A stretch of DNA of 64,000 nucleotides from Chiloscyllium plagiosum (taxonomy: Eukaryota), in assembly GCF_004010195.1 (NCBI RefSeq), contig NC_057744.1, forward strand, positions 4,641,589 to 4,705,588, read 5' to 3'. This document shows positions 1-12,030 of the stretch, piece by piece. Below the pieces are notes generated by a model. That model searched no databases. It worked only from the letters and a program-made list of their open reading frames with translations, and was not told the DNA's origin. A program made the translations under genes and the position numbers. Every line of letters starts with the position of its first letter. Position 1 is the stretch's first letter.

Positions 1-874
1 TTACATTTCTGGTTGCAGCTTTCATTTACCGCACAACAAAAACCTCTTCGTCCTCTGCCCTCTCAAACCATTTTGGAATTCTCAAGATGGTAATAGGGAA
101 GCCCTTAGCCTTCTCTCTTTTCTGGAGAATAGAGTCGCATCTTGTTCGGACTTCCATGTTATAGCTGCTTGCATCTGGTAGCAAACTTGTAAATTGTTTA
201 TTGCATTTTGTCTGGTGTCTCTCTATCCCTTTTTTTAAAATAATATGGAGACAAGAACTCCATGTGATCTGTCGAATTATTTTGCAATGTACAAGTTTAC
301 AGTAACTTTGCTTTTCAATTATATCCCTTTAGTTTGTTTGCTTTTACACGGGTTTTATTTTACAGCTGTGTTGCTACTTTGTGGTTTGCCTATCTATGTT
401 GGGAAGTCTGTTTGCTTGTCTACAGTACTTAGACTTGTTTTCCCAGCAGTATGTGACCTCCTTATGCTTGCTCACCAAAATGCACCATCTTGCTTTGATC
501 TGTGTTGAAATCTGTTTTGTTAATTGCAGGGCCATTCTGCCCATCCGATTTTGGGGGCTAGTAAGCTTTGGTTTGCGGACATGTTGACTGCGCCACTGAT
601 CGCTGGCGCAGCAATTGTCTCTGAACCTCTGGGATAATGAGGAGAATAACTGCTGTGGGACTGTGACCCAACGTGAGCCCATTATATACCTTCCACCACC
701 AGCCTGATGGAGATTTAGTAACTACGTGGCACCAGGATCTTCCTGTTATGGTGGTAGCATAAGTGCACTCCTTCAACTCAAGGGCATTGTTGCACCCAGA
801 TTTCTTTTTATCATCTTCAACTCTTGACACCAGAAAGCATTTTGACTGTGTCCTTCTTGAATACCTTTTTTCAG

Positions 875-959
875 GTACGGGAGAGTGTGACGTCAAGGGA
901 AGAGACGGATGAGTCTGTTAGCCTCAAACCTTCGAGTCCAACCATTCCAATGGATCCAG
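875..959 (+). CDS. TMPRSS4: Candidate TMPRSS4 N-terminal cytoplasmic exon (VRESVTSREETDESVSLKPSSPTIPMDP)
   Basis: Acceptor ccttttttcAG at 873-874. 85 nt open in phase 0, ending phase 1, which joins the 3326 exon in frame (G+AA=Glu). Donor CAG/GTTTAA is weak. Confidence 0.45.
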
Positions 960-1667
960 GTTTAAAATCGAACTCTTCATGTTATGATCCTGTGGGCTAA
1001 TGGGTGGCATGTTGGGGCCTGAAACCCATTTTGCTTTACCCTTCTTGAGGGAAGCTGTTGACTTTATTCTTTGGGCTCTTGCTTTGGCTTTGATAAAGGA
1101 GTTGAGGCTGAACTGATGTCGAAAGGTTGCTCATTGGGAATTGGATCAGAAGAGAAAGGAGTGGGGAATGGGGAACGCATTACTGCTGGGATGTGGAGGG
1201 AAGGCAGGACATGCCCAAATAACCGGGTGTTTCGATTTGTGGCAAAAATGGCCTTTTTTAAAAAAACTTATTCTTTCATGAGATGAGGATCACACAGGCA
1301 AGGCTAACCTATGTTGCCCATTCCTGATTGCCCTTGAACTGAAAAGCTTGCTGGGTCATTCCAGAGCCAAGCATATTACTGTTGATCTGGAGTCAGTTAC
1401 AGGCCAGATTGAGTTAAAATGGCAGATTTCCTTCCCGAAAGGGCAGGTGTGAACCAGACATTTTTTGATTGCGTCAGTCGACAGACCATTACCATTTAAA
1501 CTAAATTTTAACTCCAAATTTAGTATTTTCATTTATGCCAGTTTGCATGATGAGATTTGAACCTATGTCTCTGGTGTGTTAGATGGGGCCTGTGGGTTTC
1601 TAATTTAGTGAGATTACCACCACGTCACCCCTATTCTGCTCCATGGACCCCTGCTGATAGCGTGATA

Positions 1668-1936
1668 CCCTACAGTGTGGAAACAGGCCATTTGGCCCAA
1701 CAAGTCTGCACCAAAGACTAACCCACTCAGACCCATTTCCCTCTGACTAATGCACCTAATACTGTGGGTAATTTAGCATGGCCAATTCACATAACTTGCA
1801 CATCTTTTGGATTGTGGGAGGAAACCTGAAGGAAACGCACGCAGAAACAGGGAAAATGTGCAAAGTCCACACAGACAGTTGCCCAAGACGGGAATTGAAG
1901 GCAGCAGTGCGAACCACTGAGCCCACCATGCCATCC
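1668..1936 (-). mobile_element. HE1-type V-SINE (tRNA head, CR1-like tail)
   Basis: Reverse complement reads ggtggg-ctcagtggtt...actgtctgtgtggactttgcacatt...gaattggccatgctaaatt...tttccacactgtaggg. Confidence 0.85.
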
Positions 1937-3325
1937 TTTCCATGCCATCCTTATTTCCCCTCATCAACATATCCACAATTTTCTTCTTGTGGTTAACCAG
2001 CTTTTCTGAGATGTGGCTAATTTCCCTCAGTTACTTCACTTGATGAGCTCCATATTCTTTACACTATTTCTATTTAAAGATATTTCTGTTTGGCTATTCT
2101 AAGAATGATCTAACCAAGGTTCAGACAAATTTAGCGTAACTTGTCTGCTTTAAATTTCTTCCTTCCAGAAATAAGCCCCAGTACTTGTTTGTTTTAATGA
2201 CCTTTTCTGCATTGCTATAGTTAATGATTTGTGAAGATGTAATTATAGCTGATTAGACAATCAGCGTAAAAATAAATTTGCATTTTGAATGGTATCAGAG
2301 AGACTGGAACCCAGATGTGTTTTTATTGGTCGGAGGGGAGAAACATTTCAGAGAAGTAAATGGGTAGAGGGTAATATCATTCCTTTAGCAAACAGTAGGA
2401 GAGTGTGACTATTGTTGCAATTAGACATCCACTAACGATATCCCAGGAATGTGTGACGTTGATGCTCAGCATTCCACTTGGAAGATTTCGGTTCAGCCCT
2501 AAATCTGACACCCTAATAATTGTTTTTCGTTTTATAAAATGAGACCGTCACAAGAAGAGTTAAGAGACTTGCTGGAGACATAAATGAGTCATTTTCACAT
2601 CATGTGAGCATGCCAGGATCTATAATCTCTCCTGTCAGTCATAGGACTCCTGTCTGACTCAGCATGTTGTGAGTTCAAGTCCTAATTCAGAGCCTTGATG
2701 AAATCTTAGTTGAGAATCACAGTACCCCACTAAGTGTACAGTCTTTGAGATGAGATGAAAAAATTCCAAGGGTCTGTTTGCCATCTTGGGTAGATGTAAG
2801 AAATTATTGGTGTCACTTGGTGGCCTGGCTAATGTTTGTTTCCTAAGTAATATCACTGAAAGGGATGGTCTAGTCATTAGTATATTCCTGCATGTGAGAA
2901 CTTTGTGTGTGCAAGTTGGTTGCTAGGTTCCTGCCTTTCAACAGTGACTATTTTTTTTTAAAGCCTTTAATTGGCTGGAAAGCAGTTCGGGACATCCTGA
3001 GGTTGTATTAGGCACTATCTGAATGCATTTTTGTCTTTCATCTCAAATTCCTTTCTGGATCTGTGCAGCTCTCCTCCTCCTGCTCTTGGAGATCCTGTAG
3101 GAATTTTGGCTCCTCTCCTAAACTCTCCTCTTCCTGGGATGGGACAAATCCACAATAACTTTCCCTCCTTTAAAGCATTTGAACATTTTAATTCCCTGCA
3201 TGTTTCCACAAACTTGTAAATAATTTGTACCCAATTTACCCAAACAGCATCCTCCTTCATAGCCAGTAGGTGTTGGGATAATTTAATGTCCACATACTAA
3301 TAAATACATATTTTCCAATCTCTAG

Positions 3326-3436
3326 AAATATCTACCAGATTTCCATGCAGATGCAAAATGTCTAAGCGGAAGACCATTATAACTGTACTCTCGGTCATTA
3401 CTGTCATTGCAATTCTTGTGGTTGCCATTTATTTTG
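3326..3436 (+). CDS. TMPRSS4: TMPRSS4 exon: cytoplasmic end plus signal-anchor TM (ISTRFPCRCKMSKRKTIITVLSVITVIAILVVAIYF)
   Basis: ttttccaatctctAG acceptor, G/GTAAGT donor. Basic cluster followed by a ~20-aa hydrophobic helix. Phase 1 joins the next exon. Nearby AGs at 3338 and 3350 make the exact start less sure. Confidence 0.85.
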
Positions 3437-4470
3437 GTAAGTTCCCTTCCTCGTTCAAAATGTTATTAAATGCTCCTCCTCGTCATGCCCTTTTATTTTC
3501 TGCAGTTTGCTATTTCAATTGCTGGTTTGTGATCCTCTGATTTTGCCCACAGCCAGGATTATTGGCTACGTGAGGCAGCACAGAGCCTGATCTAATCCAG
3601 GCCTATTGCCTCACTGACACTCGGCACATTTCCCAGTCAGTGATCAGGATTGGCATCACTGACTAGTGGGTTTTAACCAACTTTAACCAGCCCTCGACAC
3701 CAGCCAGGGGATATTGAGGATAGCTGTCATGGCTGCTGTCGCCAAGTCATAGGGGTAGTGGGAGGCCATTCATCCCTTGCAGCCTGTTCCACCATTTAAT
3801 TAGATAACAATTGATCTGCATCTCCATTCCTTTTCCCACCAAATAGCTTTTGAACTCTTCGGTTGACCCACCAGCTCAGAGGGTTCAGATTTCCGTTCCC
3901 CTGCGTGAGAAGATGTTTTTGGAAACTGAGCCAGGCGCTATTGTAACTTTCTTGCACGTTTGCTGCTTATGACGGTGTGACGTGCTGATGTGTTCAGTCC
4001 TGAGGGCTTAATCAAAGTGTTTAGAAAATCAGTCCCATTTGTCACTGCTGTTTGTCTGAAACATGCTAAAACAAGGGTCAGAACTTTGCCCGCAGGAAAG
4101 TTCTCCCATATCCAGGGGAAATGATTTGTTTCAGTTCCTGTGTTTTTGTGCCTGTTTGTAATCATTGGGCAGCACTGGACAAAGGGATCTTGGCTAACCT
4201 TAAACCCCCACCCCAAGTCTAGAGGTGCTGAATCTGTTTCTCGTGTTGCTCTGATCATCTCACTGACACTGAGCTCAACTCGGATACTTCCCAATCTGGG
4301 AATCCTCTGGAAAGTTTCCCATTGTTTACGTGTCCCATCGGAGCTCACTATTTAGGTTCACAGTAAGGAATCATTGCTTAGGCAAGATATGGGGATGTTA
4401 TCTTTGTTGCGAGTCTGCTGTGTTAGGCAAAATGATTTGGAGATGTCTGTGTTGGACTGGGGTGTACAAT

Positions 4471-4651
4471 GTTAAAAACTACACAACACCAGGTGATAGT
4501 CCAATAGGTTTAATTGTAAGACACTTTTGCTATATCTTCTGTGTTTACAATCTCATATTCCACAACCACCTGATGAAGGAGCAGCGCTCCGAAAGCTAGT
4601 GCTTCCAATTAAACCTATTGGACGACAACCTGATGTTGTGTGATTTTTAAC
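4471..4651 (+). mobile_element. Short Penelope-derived element with ~45-bp terminal inverted arms and an internal hammerhead motif
   Basis: gttaaaaactacacaacaccagg...ccaataggtttaattg is inverted against caattaaacctattgg...cctgatgttgtgtgatttttaac. Confidence 0.7.
4567..4601 (+). ncRNA. Minimal type I hammerhead ribozyme motif
   Basis: cac-CTGATGA-a-ggagc(agc)gctcc-GAAA-gct-A-gtg: 3-bp stem I, 5-bp stem II, palindromic AGCU stem III, CUA cleavage triplet. Confidence 0.72.
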
Positions 4652-4764
4652 TGTGTAGGCAAAGCTGCCCTGGAGCCTTGAGTTGTCTTACCAGCAGCTT
4701 CAGTACAACCAAGAGGCAGCTGACTGATGTGTGACCAGTGCCATTCTCTCCCTTTTTTTTGTAG

Positions 4765-4917
4765 TGAAGGTTGCCATCAATGAATATTATTACTTCTGTT
4801 CCAAAACTTTTAAGTTCATCCCTCGTGATTCCCAATGCAACGGAATCTTGGATTGTTCTGAAGGTGAAGATGAGCGTGAGTGTGTGATGAACGTCACATT
4901 CCGAGACCCTTTCCCAG
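4765..4917 (+). CDS. TMPRSS4: TMPRSS4 exon: LDL-receptor class A domain (VKVAINEYYYFCSKTFKFIPRDSQCNGILDCSEGEDERECVMNVTFRDPFP)
   Basis: Polypyrimidine+AG, CAG/GTAAAC donor. 4-Cys LDLa with DCxxGEDE motif; resembles human TMPRSS4 KYYFLCGQPLHFIPRKQLCDGELDC. Confidence 0.95.
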
Positions 4918-5012
4918 GTAAACGAAGAGCCAGCTGGTGTTGTCTGTGTTTCTCAAGATTGCTGTATGTTCAATAGAGCTGTGACAACCTGTGTTCGTTC
5001 TTTTCCCTCCAG

Positions 5013-5142
5013 TGCGAATCTATGGATCTAAATCCATTCTGCAAGTGAGGGATTCAGAAACCCAGCAATGGAAGAGCATCTGTTATGACAACTGGCGACC
5101 CAGCCTCTCAGAAGTAACATGCAAGCAGCTGGGATACTCTAA
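5013..5142 (+). CDS. TMPRSS4: TMPRSS4 exon: SRCR part 1 (VRIYGSKSILQVRDSETQQWKSICYDNWRPSLSEVTCKQLGYS)
   Basis: ttttccctccAG acceptor after a 95-nt intron, AA/GTAATG donor. SRCR_2 signature LQV...W..IC.D.W.....CKQLGY. Not in the ORF track. Confidence 0.95.
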
Positions 5143-5367
5143 GTAATGCAAAGCATCTTCCAGTCTGCTTCTGTCCTGATGCTTGTCAGCTCAGACGTTT
5201 TATGTCTGCCCTTTCAGCTGGATGTTAACAAAATCCCCGAGCTGTCTCTTTATTTTTATTTGGAGAAGCTTGAGGAGGGTGATGTGGTTATTTTTGATGT
5301 GGCCCAGACTTTGTCCCCCAACCAACATCACCTTAAACCGATTATCTTTTATATTTTAACAAAAAAA

Positions 5368-5580
5368 AAACGAAAGCACTGCGGACACTGGAAATCTGAA
5401 ATGAAAATAGAAATTGCTGGCAAATCTTAGCAGGTCTGGCAGTATCTGTGGAGAGAAATCAGAGTTAACTGAGGGAGTGTCCTGAAGGAGGGTCACTAGA
5501 TATGAAACGTTAACTCTGATTTCACTTCACAGATGCGGCCAGACCTTCTGAGCTTTTCCAACAACTTGTGGTTTTTTTTT
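5368..5580. mobile_element. Older palindromic Penelope-derived element with decayed hammerhead core (similar copies at ~6505-6715, ~12355-12535, ~33995-34170, ~48075-48245; fragments at ~9755-9880, ~21570-21660, ~40490-40610)
   Basis: Shared ctgcagatgctggaaatc...ggcagcatctgtggagag...gagttaac arm and its inverted partner. Confidence 0.7.
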
Positions 5581-8265
5581 GTCATTTAGCCTGTTTCTAT
5601 TTATGGGGCCTTACAGTTCACCAACAACTGCAACGTTGAAATTTGAAATATGTTTGAAATAGTAGTATAAGTATAGAAATAATCGAGCATGTGAACACGA
5701 ATGGACGAAAACGGAGGCATGATTTTCTTTCTCAGTCTTTCACTATCTGCATACCTTTTGCAGACTCTTTGTATCCTCCTCACAAAAATAGATGAGGCTG
5801 GAAGTTGTATCATCAGGCTTGGCTACTGACCGACTATCCCTTCATTTGCATCATTCCTATCAATGGTAAATAGCCAAGGCCCCAGCACTGATCCCTGTGT
5901 CTCTCCCTGAGTTGCAGCTCACTAACCTAAGAATGACCCATTTATCCCAACCCTATTGGTTAGCCAATCCTCAAACCATAATAATGTAACCCCTAACAAC
6001 ATGGACTTTCTAATTGGTTCATGTGATGTGGGCATCATTGGCTGGGCCAGTAATTATTGTTTGACAGTAATTTCCCCTTGAACTGAGTAGGGGCCATTTC
6101 AGAGGGCAGTTAAGAATCTACCACATTGCTGTCTGTCTCAAGTCACATATAGACCAGACCAAGTGGAGATAACAGATTTCTTTCCCTCAAGGATGCCAGT
6201 AAACCAGATGAATTTTTAATGACGAGTTTCATGGTGGCTGTTAGACTAGCTTCTTATTCCATATATTTTTATTGAATTCAGATTTCACTATGGCATTTAA
6301 ACCCATGTCCCCAGTGTATTAGCCTGACGTTCAGTGATGTGACTACTATGCCACTGCTTCCTCATCTCATGGCGTTTTTGATGTGGCACCTTATCACATG
6401 CCTTTTGGAAATCCACATTTACGTCTTGCACTGGTTCCTGTTTTAACCACCCTGCATTGTTACATTGTCAAATAAATTTGTCAAAAATAAGTTCCCTTTC
6501 ACAGACAAAAATCTGAAAGAACTGCAGATATTGGAAATAAGAAACGAAAGTAGAAATTGTTGGAAAACGCCGCAGGTCTGGCAGTATTTGCAGAGAGAAA
6601 TCCAAATTAGTCCAGTGACCCTTCTTCAGAACTGGTGGGATGAGAAATGCTGACTCTGCTTTCTCTCTACAGATGCTGCCAGTCCTGATGAGCATTTTTC
6701 CAACAACTCCTGTTCCCTTTTTTAAAACAACATTGATTCAGTATTACTGTATTATGATGTTCAAAATGTCCTGCTACTCTGTATTTTATAGTAGCTTCTA
6801 ACATTGAGATAGGTCAGGTTAACTTTCCTATGCGTTTCTCTCCTTTCTTGGATAATGGTGTTGCATTGGTGGTTTTCCAATTTGCTAGGACATTTTCAGA
6901 ACCTAGAGTCCAGCTCTTGATTGAAAACAGAATCTAGAGAATGGTCCTTTGCCTTAACATCTGGAAGCACCTCAAAGAATGAGTTGCTTTGAAGATCAGT
7001 GATGTTAGACAGGCCAATACAGTAGGCAGGTCTTCCTCAGTATGATCTCATTTCATGAAGCGGATGGGCGTACAGTTAACAGTCTCCAATGGCACTAAAG
7101 GAGAATGGAAGGTATTTTTCAAAATGCCATGGAATTGTTAACATCCACTTGAGCAGGAAGGCTGATCTGAGCTGAAAGGTTTAAAAGTTACCTCTTTGCA
7201 TTTTTTTTTTTACAAATGATCCCACTCTGGGAGATCCTCCTACCAGGATCCAGCTGATCAAAAGATCAGGGTAGAGCAGAGTTGATGATGAGTGACTGAT
7301 GTTTAACGTACATTCATAGTTAGGTCATGGAGTAACTTATTGATTTACAGGACATGACACGAGAGGTTTGAAGACATTGTGCCAAAAGACATCAGTGATT
7401 GATTCATCAATGTATGGTAACAGTAGGAGGTCTTGTGCAGTGGGTAGTGTCCCTGCCTCTGAGCAAGAAGCTCTGGGTCCAAGTCCTACTCAAGGAGTTG
7501 ACAACCACCAAAGGTGAGCTCCTGATGTGGCCAAACAGGTTGAGCATCAACATGTAAATCCCTCCAATACATGACAATGGCAGGAAAGATTCCTGATCAC
7601 TCTCATAGTGCAGCTGGGTGACTATTGTAGATCCAATTAGTGCTAACTGGGTTTGACCCCTGTTCTAACTGGAGTGGATTGGGGACCTGCATCCTTACCT
7701 TCCCAATGATGGAGGTCATGGTGTCTAAGTCCACCTTCCTTTGTGCAGCAGTAGTAAAGGGGACACATAGGATCTTGAGCTTTAAGGATAGAGGGTGCAA
7801 TCAGAAATGAAGCAGGTCAGTGGAGGTTGCACCGAATGCTGCTCTGGCTTCTCTTCAGGTACAGCCTACAATAATAGGCACCACAGACCCCCTAACCTTG
7901 GGGAAGGTGACTGCATGCTGAGAGCTAGCGTGGGCAAACTGAGTTAGGAGGAAAGGCTACAGAAACTGGGCAGCAGGACGGTAGAAATTCAGTCACCTGA
8001 ACCCTCTGGAGTAGAGATGGGCAATAAATACTGGCCAAGTCAGTGACGCCTATGTCCTGTAAGTAAATTTTCAAAAAACAACGATCTGCAACACCAAGCA
8101 GTCTGTGCACTGTTGCTGAGTTTTTAAGAATTCTGATGTCAGTCACGTTGTCAGATCGCATCAAACTGGATCCTGAGTTGAGCAAATGCAGCAAGTCGTT
8201 TCTAACAGCAGTGAGGTATGGACCGTGTTGGAAGGTTTTAATGAAAGAATGTTATTACTCTGCAG

Positions 8266-8373
8266 TAGCCCTATGGGTAGTCCTGTGGACAAGGGACTGT
8301 GGCCCTTACACAAGATAGTCGACTTCAGCAAAGTCACCAACCCTGCCTCCATTCAAAATGTGTTAATAGAAGG
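8266..8373 (+). CDS. TMPRSS4: TMPRSS4 exon: SRCR part 2 (SPMGSPVDKGLWPLHKIVDFSKVTNPASIQNVLIEG)
   Basis: ctctgcAG acceptor, GG/GTGAGT donor. Phase 2 to phase 2 and the length fits the expected exon; sequence is divergent. Confidence 0.8.
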
Positions 8374-9348
8374 GTGAGTACAATCCTCAATGAACTGATG
8401 CATAGTTGAAGAGGAAGTGTGAGTTTATCACTCCTCTGGGATTATATTCTCTGTGGTTTATAGCAGGGCTAGGTTTGGCATTTAAGCTTGTGGGTGATGT
8501 TTTTTTTTGTTGAGGTGCATTAGATTCTCCAGTGTTAGCTTCTGATTTACAAATGGAATTTGCCTTGACGTATTTCCGGGATTAAATCCAGATTAGGGAA
8601 TGTAGGTGCTGGAGACATGATTGTTACTAGTGCTACAGTTATTAACTCTGGGAGCAAACCATTATCATTTCGATCTGGCATGAACCTTGCAGGCATGTAC
8701 TGATGGGACTTCGAAGGAACTTGTAGAACTGTGTAAAGAGCATGGTGCTAGTTTTCCCTTTGACCTGAGAGAGATTGGTTTCCCTGTGTAGAACCCGTCT
8801 GGTTCTCATTCCTTTAGAAGTGGAGAGAAATTGATCATGTTTGTAACAAGGGAAAGCCACTTGGCTGGTTTATGTAAACAAAAAGAAAAACCTCTTCTTC
8901 AGAAGTTTGGTTACACTCCAACTGTTCTTTTCCATTTGGAGAGAGGGTGAAAATGTTCACTCACCCATGGTTGACACTGAGAATGAAATGGCAAAATAGT
9001 CAGATCCCCAGTCTTGGAGTGAGACACTCCCAGGTAAATTAATGCACACTCCACTACGGCAAAAGCTGCATCTACATTGTCCAACCAGAATGTCCAGTCT
9101 CATATTGCCAAAGCTCTGGTTGAACATATTCCTGCAGGTTTCCCCATAGTATGTATTATTTTATTTTCAATTATCTTGGCATCACACTTCTGCCATCAGT
9201 TACCCCATGTATGTGTGTTGTCAGTGCAATGCCTTCCTATACTAACTAGAATATTCTTCACCAGTCTTCTGACAGGACAACACTTGACTGTTAGCCCAAC
9301 TGATCTTTTATCTGATATCTTTATAATAAAAAAAACAAAAATATTTCA

Positions 9349-9650
9349 GAGAATCATAGGGTACCTACAATGCAGAAAGAAGCCATTTGGCCCATCAAGC
9401 CTGTACTCTCCCTCAGAGCATCCCACACCAAACCCCGTAACCCCAAATGGGGTTTTTAACTGTGGCTCACCCACATCTCTGGACATTATGGGGCAATTTA
9501 GCATGGCCAGTCCACCTAACCTGCACATCTGGGTGCAGATGTGGGGAGGTACCCGGAAGAAACCCATCCAGACACAGGGGAAACATGTGGAATTTGCACA
9601 ATCGCCCAAGGGGTGGAATCGAACCCAGATCCCTTGCACTGTGAGGCAGT
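9349..9650 (-). mobile_element. HE1-type V-SINE, 5' truncated
   Basis: Same V-domain and tail. Confidence 0.8.
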
Positions 9651-10257
9651 CCCAATGTCTTTAAATATCCTGTTGACTTTGCTGAATTTGCTTGTAGCAG
9701 TGTTCAGAAGTTTCATTAGTGTTCCTTGGGCAGCCCCAGTTGATTGGAAATCCCAGGAGAAAGTGAGGACTGCAGATGCTGGAGATCAAAGTGGAGACTG
9801 TGGTGCGGGAAAAGCACAGCAGGTCAGGCAGCATCCGAGGAGCAGGAGAAGCTTTTCCAACACTACACTTTTGACACTGATTGGAAATCCCAGCTTGTTC
9901 CCTGGTCCCTGAAGCATTGCTGCACTACAGTAGTGCGATTGCTCTCTCCCCTGGTGTCCTGTGACTTGCTTCATCTGAATGTGGTCGTTGAGTTGTTTTT
10001 GAATACGTTGTAATGTTGGATCATGGAGGAACAACCCATGTGAAGTTTAGAATGATGCCAGATTAATTTGTGAGAAACGTCAAGAGAGGTAGAAAATTTC
10101 ACATCAAAACTTTAAAATAGCACAGCAAAGACTGAGAGCATTCTTGAGCAATCCTTGAGCAGCTGTTTTGAATCTTAGCCTTCTTCTATCAGTTTCTGGT
10201 CTTCAAGTATCTGTCCAATTCCCTCTTGGAAAGTTCTTATAGAAACAACTCCCCCTA

Positions 10258-11545
10258 CCTTGTGCTTCTAAGAAAGATGTTGTTAAACTTGAAAGGGTTC
10301 AGAAAAGATTTACAAGGGTGTTGCCAGGGTTGGAGGGTTTGAGTTATAGGGAGAGGCTGAATAGGCTGGGGCTGTTTTCTCTGGAGTGTCGGAGGCTGAG
10401 GGGTCACCTTAGAGGTTTATAAAATCATGAGGGGCATGATTCATTGTTGAATAATCAAGATCTGTTTCCCAGGGTAGGGGAGCTCAAAACTAGAGGACAT
10501 AGGTTTAAGGTGAGAGGGGAAAGATTTGAAAGGGACTGGAGGGGCAATTTTTTCACGCAGAGGATCATTGGTGTTTGGAATGCGCTGTCAGAGGAAATGG
10601 TGGAGGCTGGTACAATTGCAACATTTTAAAAGGCATCAGGGTAGCTAAATGAATAGGAAGGGTTTAGAGGGGAGGTTATTTTCACTGGTGAGTGAAACTT
10701 GAACTAGGGGGCAAAGATTCAAAATAGATTCGATTCCCTACAGCATGGAAACAGGCCCTTCGGCCCAACAAGTCCATATCAACCCTCTGAAGAGTAACCC
10801 ACCCAGACCCATTCCCCTTCTTCACTCCTGACTGGGAAATTTAGCGTGACCAATTCACTTAACCTGCACATCTTTGGATAGTGGGAGGAAACCGGAGCAC
10901 CCGGAGGAAACCCACGCTGACACTGGGAGAACGTGCAAACTCCACACAGACAGTTACCTGAGGCAGGAATCGACCTAGGTCCCTGGTGCTGTGAGGCAGC
11001 AGTGCTAACCACTGGGCCACCAAGTTGGGGCTGGGCTGATTGCCTAGTGGTATTGTCACTGGCCTTTTAGTCCAGTGACTCTGGTAATGTTCTGAGGACC
11101 CAGGTTCAAATCTGGCTCAAGCATCCAAAATGGGAGAGTGGTAGGTTGATTGGTTTTAAGAAAAAATAAGGGGGAGCAGATTTAGGACTGAGTTGAGGAG
11201 GAACCTCTTCACCGGAGGGTTGTGAATCTGTGGAATTCCCTGCCCAGTGAAAGAATTGAGGCTATCTTTGTTTTAAGACAAATGTTGAACAATGAAGGAA
11301 TTAAGGGTTATGGTGAGTGGGCGGGTAAGTTGAGCTGAGTCCATGAAAATATCAGCCATGATTTTATTGAATGGTGGAGCAGGCTGGATGGGCTAGATGA
11401 CCTACTCCTCCTGTTTCTTATGTTCCTATGTTTTTATAGAGGGGTATGGGCCAAATTCTGGCACGTAGGACTCGATCAGTTTTGAATACCTGGTTGCCTT
11501 GGATGCATTGGACCAAAGAGTATGCTCCCATGCTGTATGACTCTG
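10258..11545 (+). mobile_element. Nested CR1 (HER1-like) LINE 3' fragments
   Basis: LERVQKRFTR...TRGHRFKVRG...NFFTQR coding remnants and 3' tails; interrupted by a second CR1 and a SINE. Confidence 0.85.
10725..11021 (-). mobile_element. HE1-type V-SINE
   Basis: Box A/B head, V-domain gggtttcctccgggtgctccggtttcctccca, tail. Confidence 0.9.
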
Positions 11546-11989
11546 TCAAACCTGGCTGTATTGGATTACAAAGTGTTTTTTTTTTCCTCATTGCCTCTGG
11601 TTCTGTGTAAATAACTTTAAGTTTCTGCCCGCTGGTGATTGAGTTTCAGATGGGAGAAACAGCTTTTCTTACTTGATCAAAGCCCTTCATGATTTTAAAT
11701 TTCAGTCAGGGCTAATATCAAACAGAAAGCCAGGGATTGTGTCGTTGCTGGGGTGAGGTCACATGTCCAAGGAATGATCCAGATATCAAATACCTTATAA
11801 TCTAAAATCAGGAATGAAGCTCTGAGCTTTCCTGATGAACTTTCATTACAATTATTGCATTTAATTATATCTCCCTGGTAGCCAGACAACATCTTGTCAC
11901 TAGGGGACAAAAGTAAAATCAAATCTAAAAGCTTAACTGAGAAGTATTCCAACAATTTTAATCATTGTTTTCTTTCGCTTTCTGTTCAG

Positions 11990-12030
11990 GTCTTGTTCTT
12001 CTGGGAACATTGTGTCTTTGGTCTGTGCAC
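11990..12030 (+). CDS. TMPRSS4: TMPRSS4 41-nt exon: end of SRCR (SCSSGNIVSLVCA)
   Basis: Long pyrimidine tract+AG, C/GTAAGT donor. CxSGxxVSLxC motif typical of hepsin/TMPRSS-family SRCR ends. Confidence 0.92.

Noticed and set aside
1-560. Possible decayed Gypsy integrase on the minus strand (GGH and YH-like words)
   Set aside because: Motif spacing does not fit, there are many stops, and no reliable signature was found.
530-560. 31-nt AG...GTAAGC-bounded segment as an upstream TMPRSS4 exon
   Set aside because: No ATG and no homology support; could be chance splice-like sites.
9077-9664. 195-aa ORF, the longest in the track
   Set aside because: Runs antisense through an HE1 SINE inside an intron; no protein motif.
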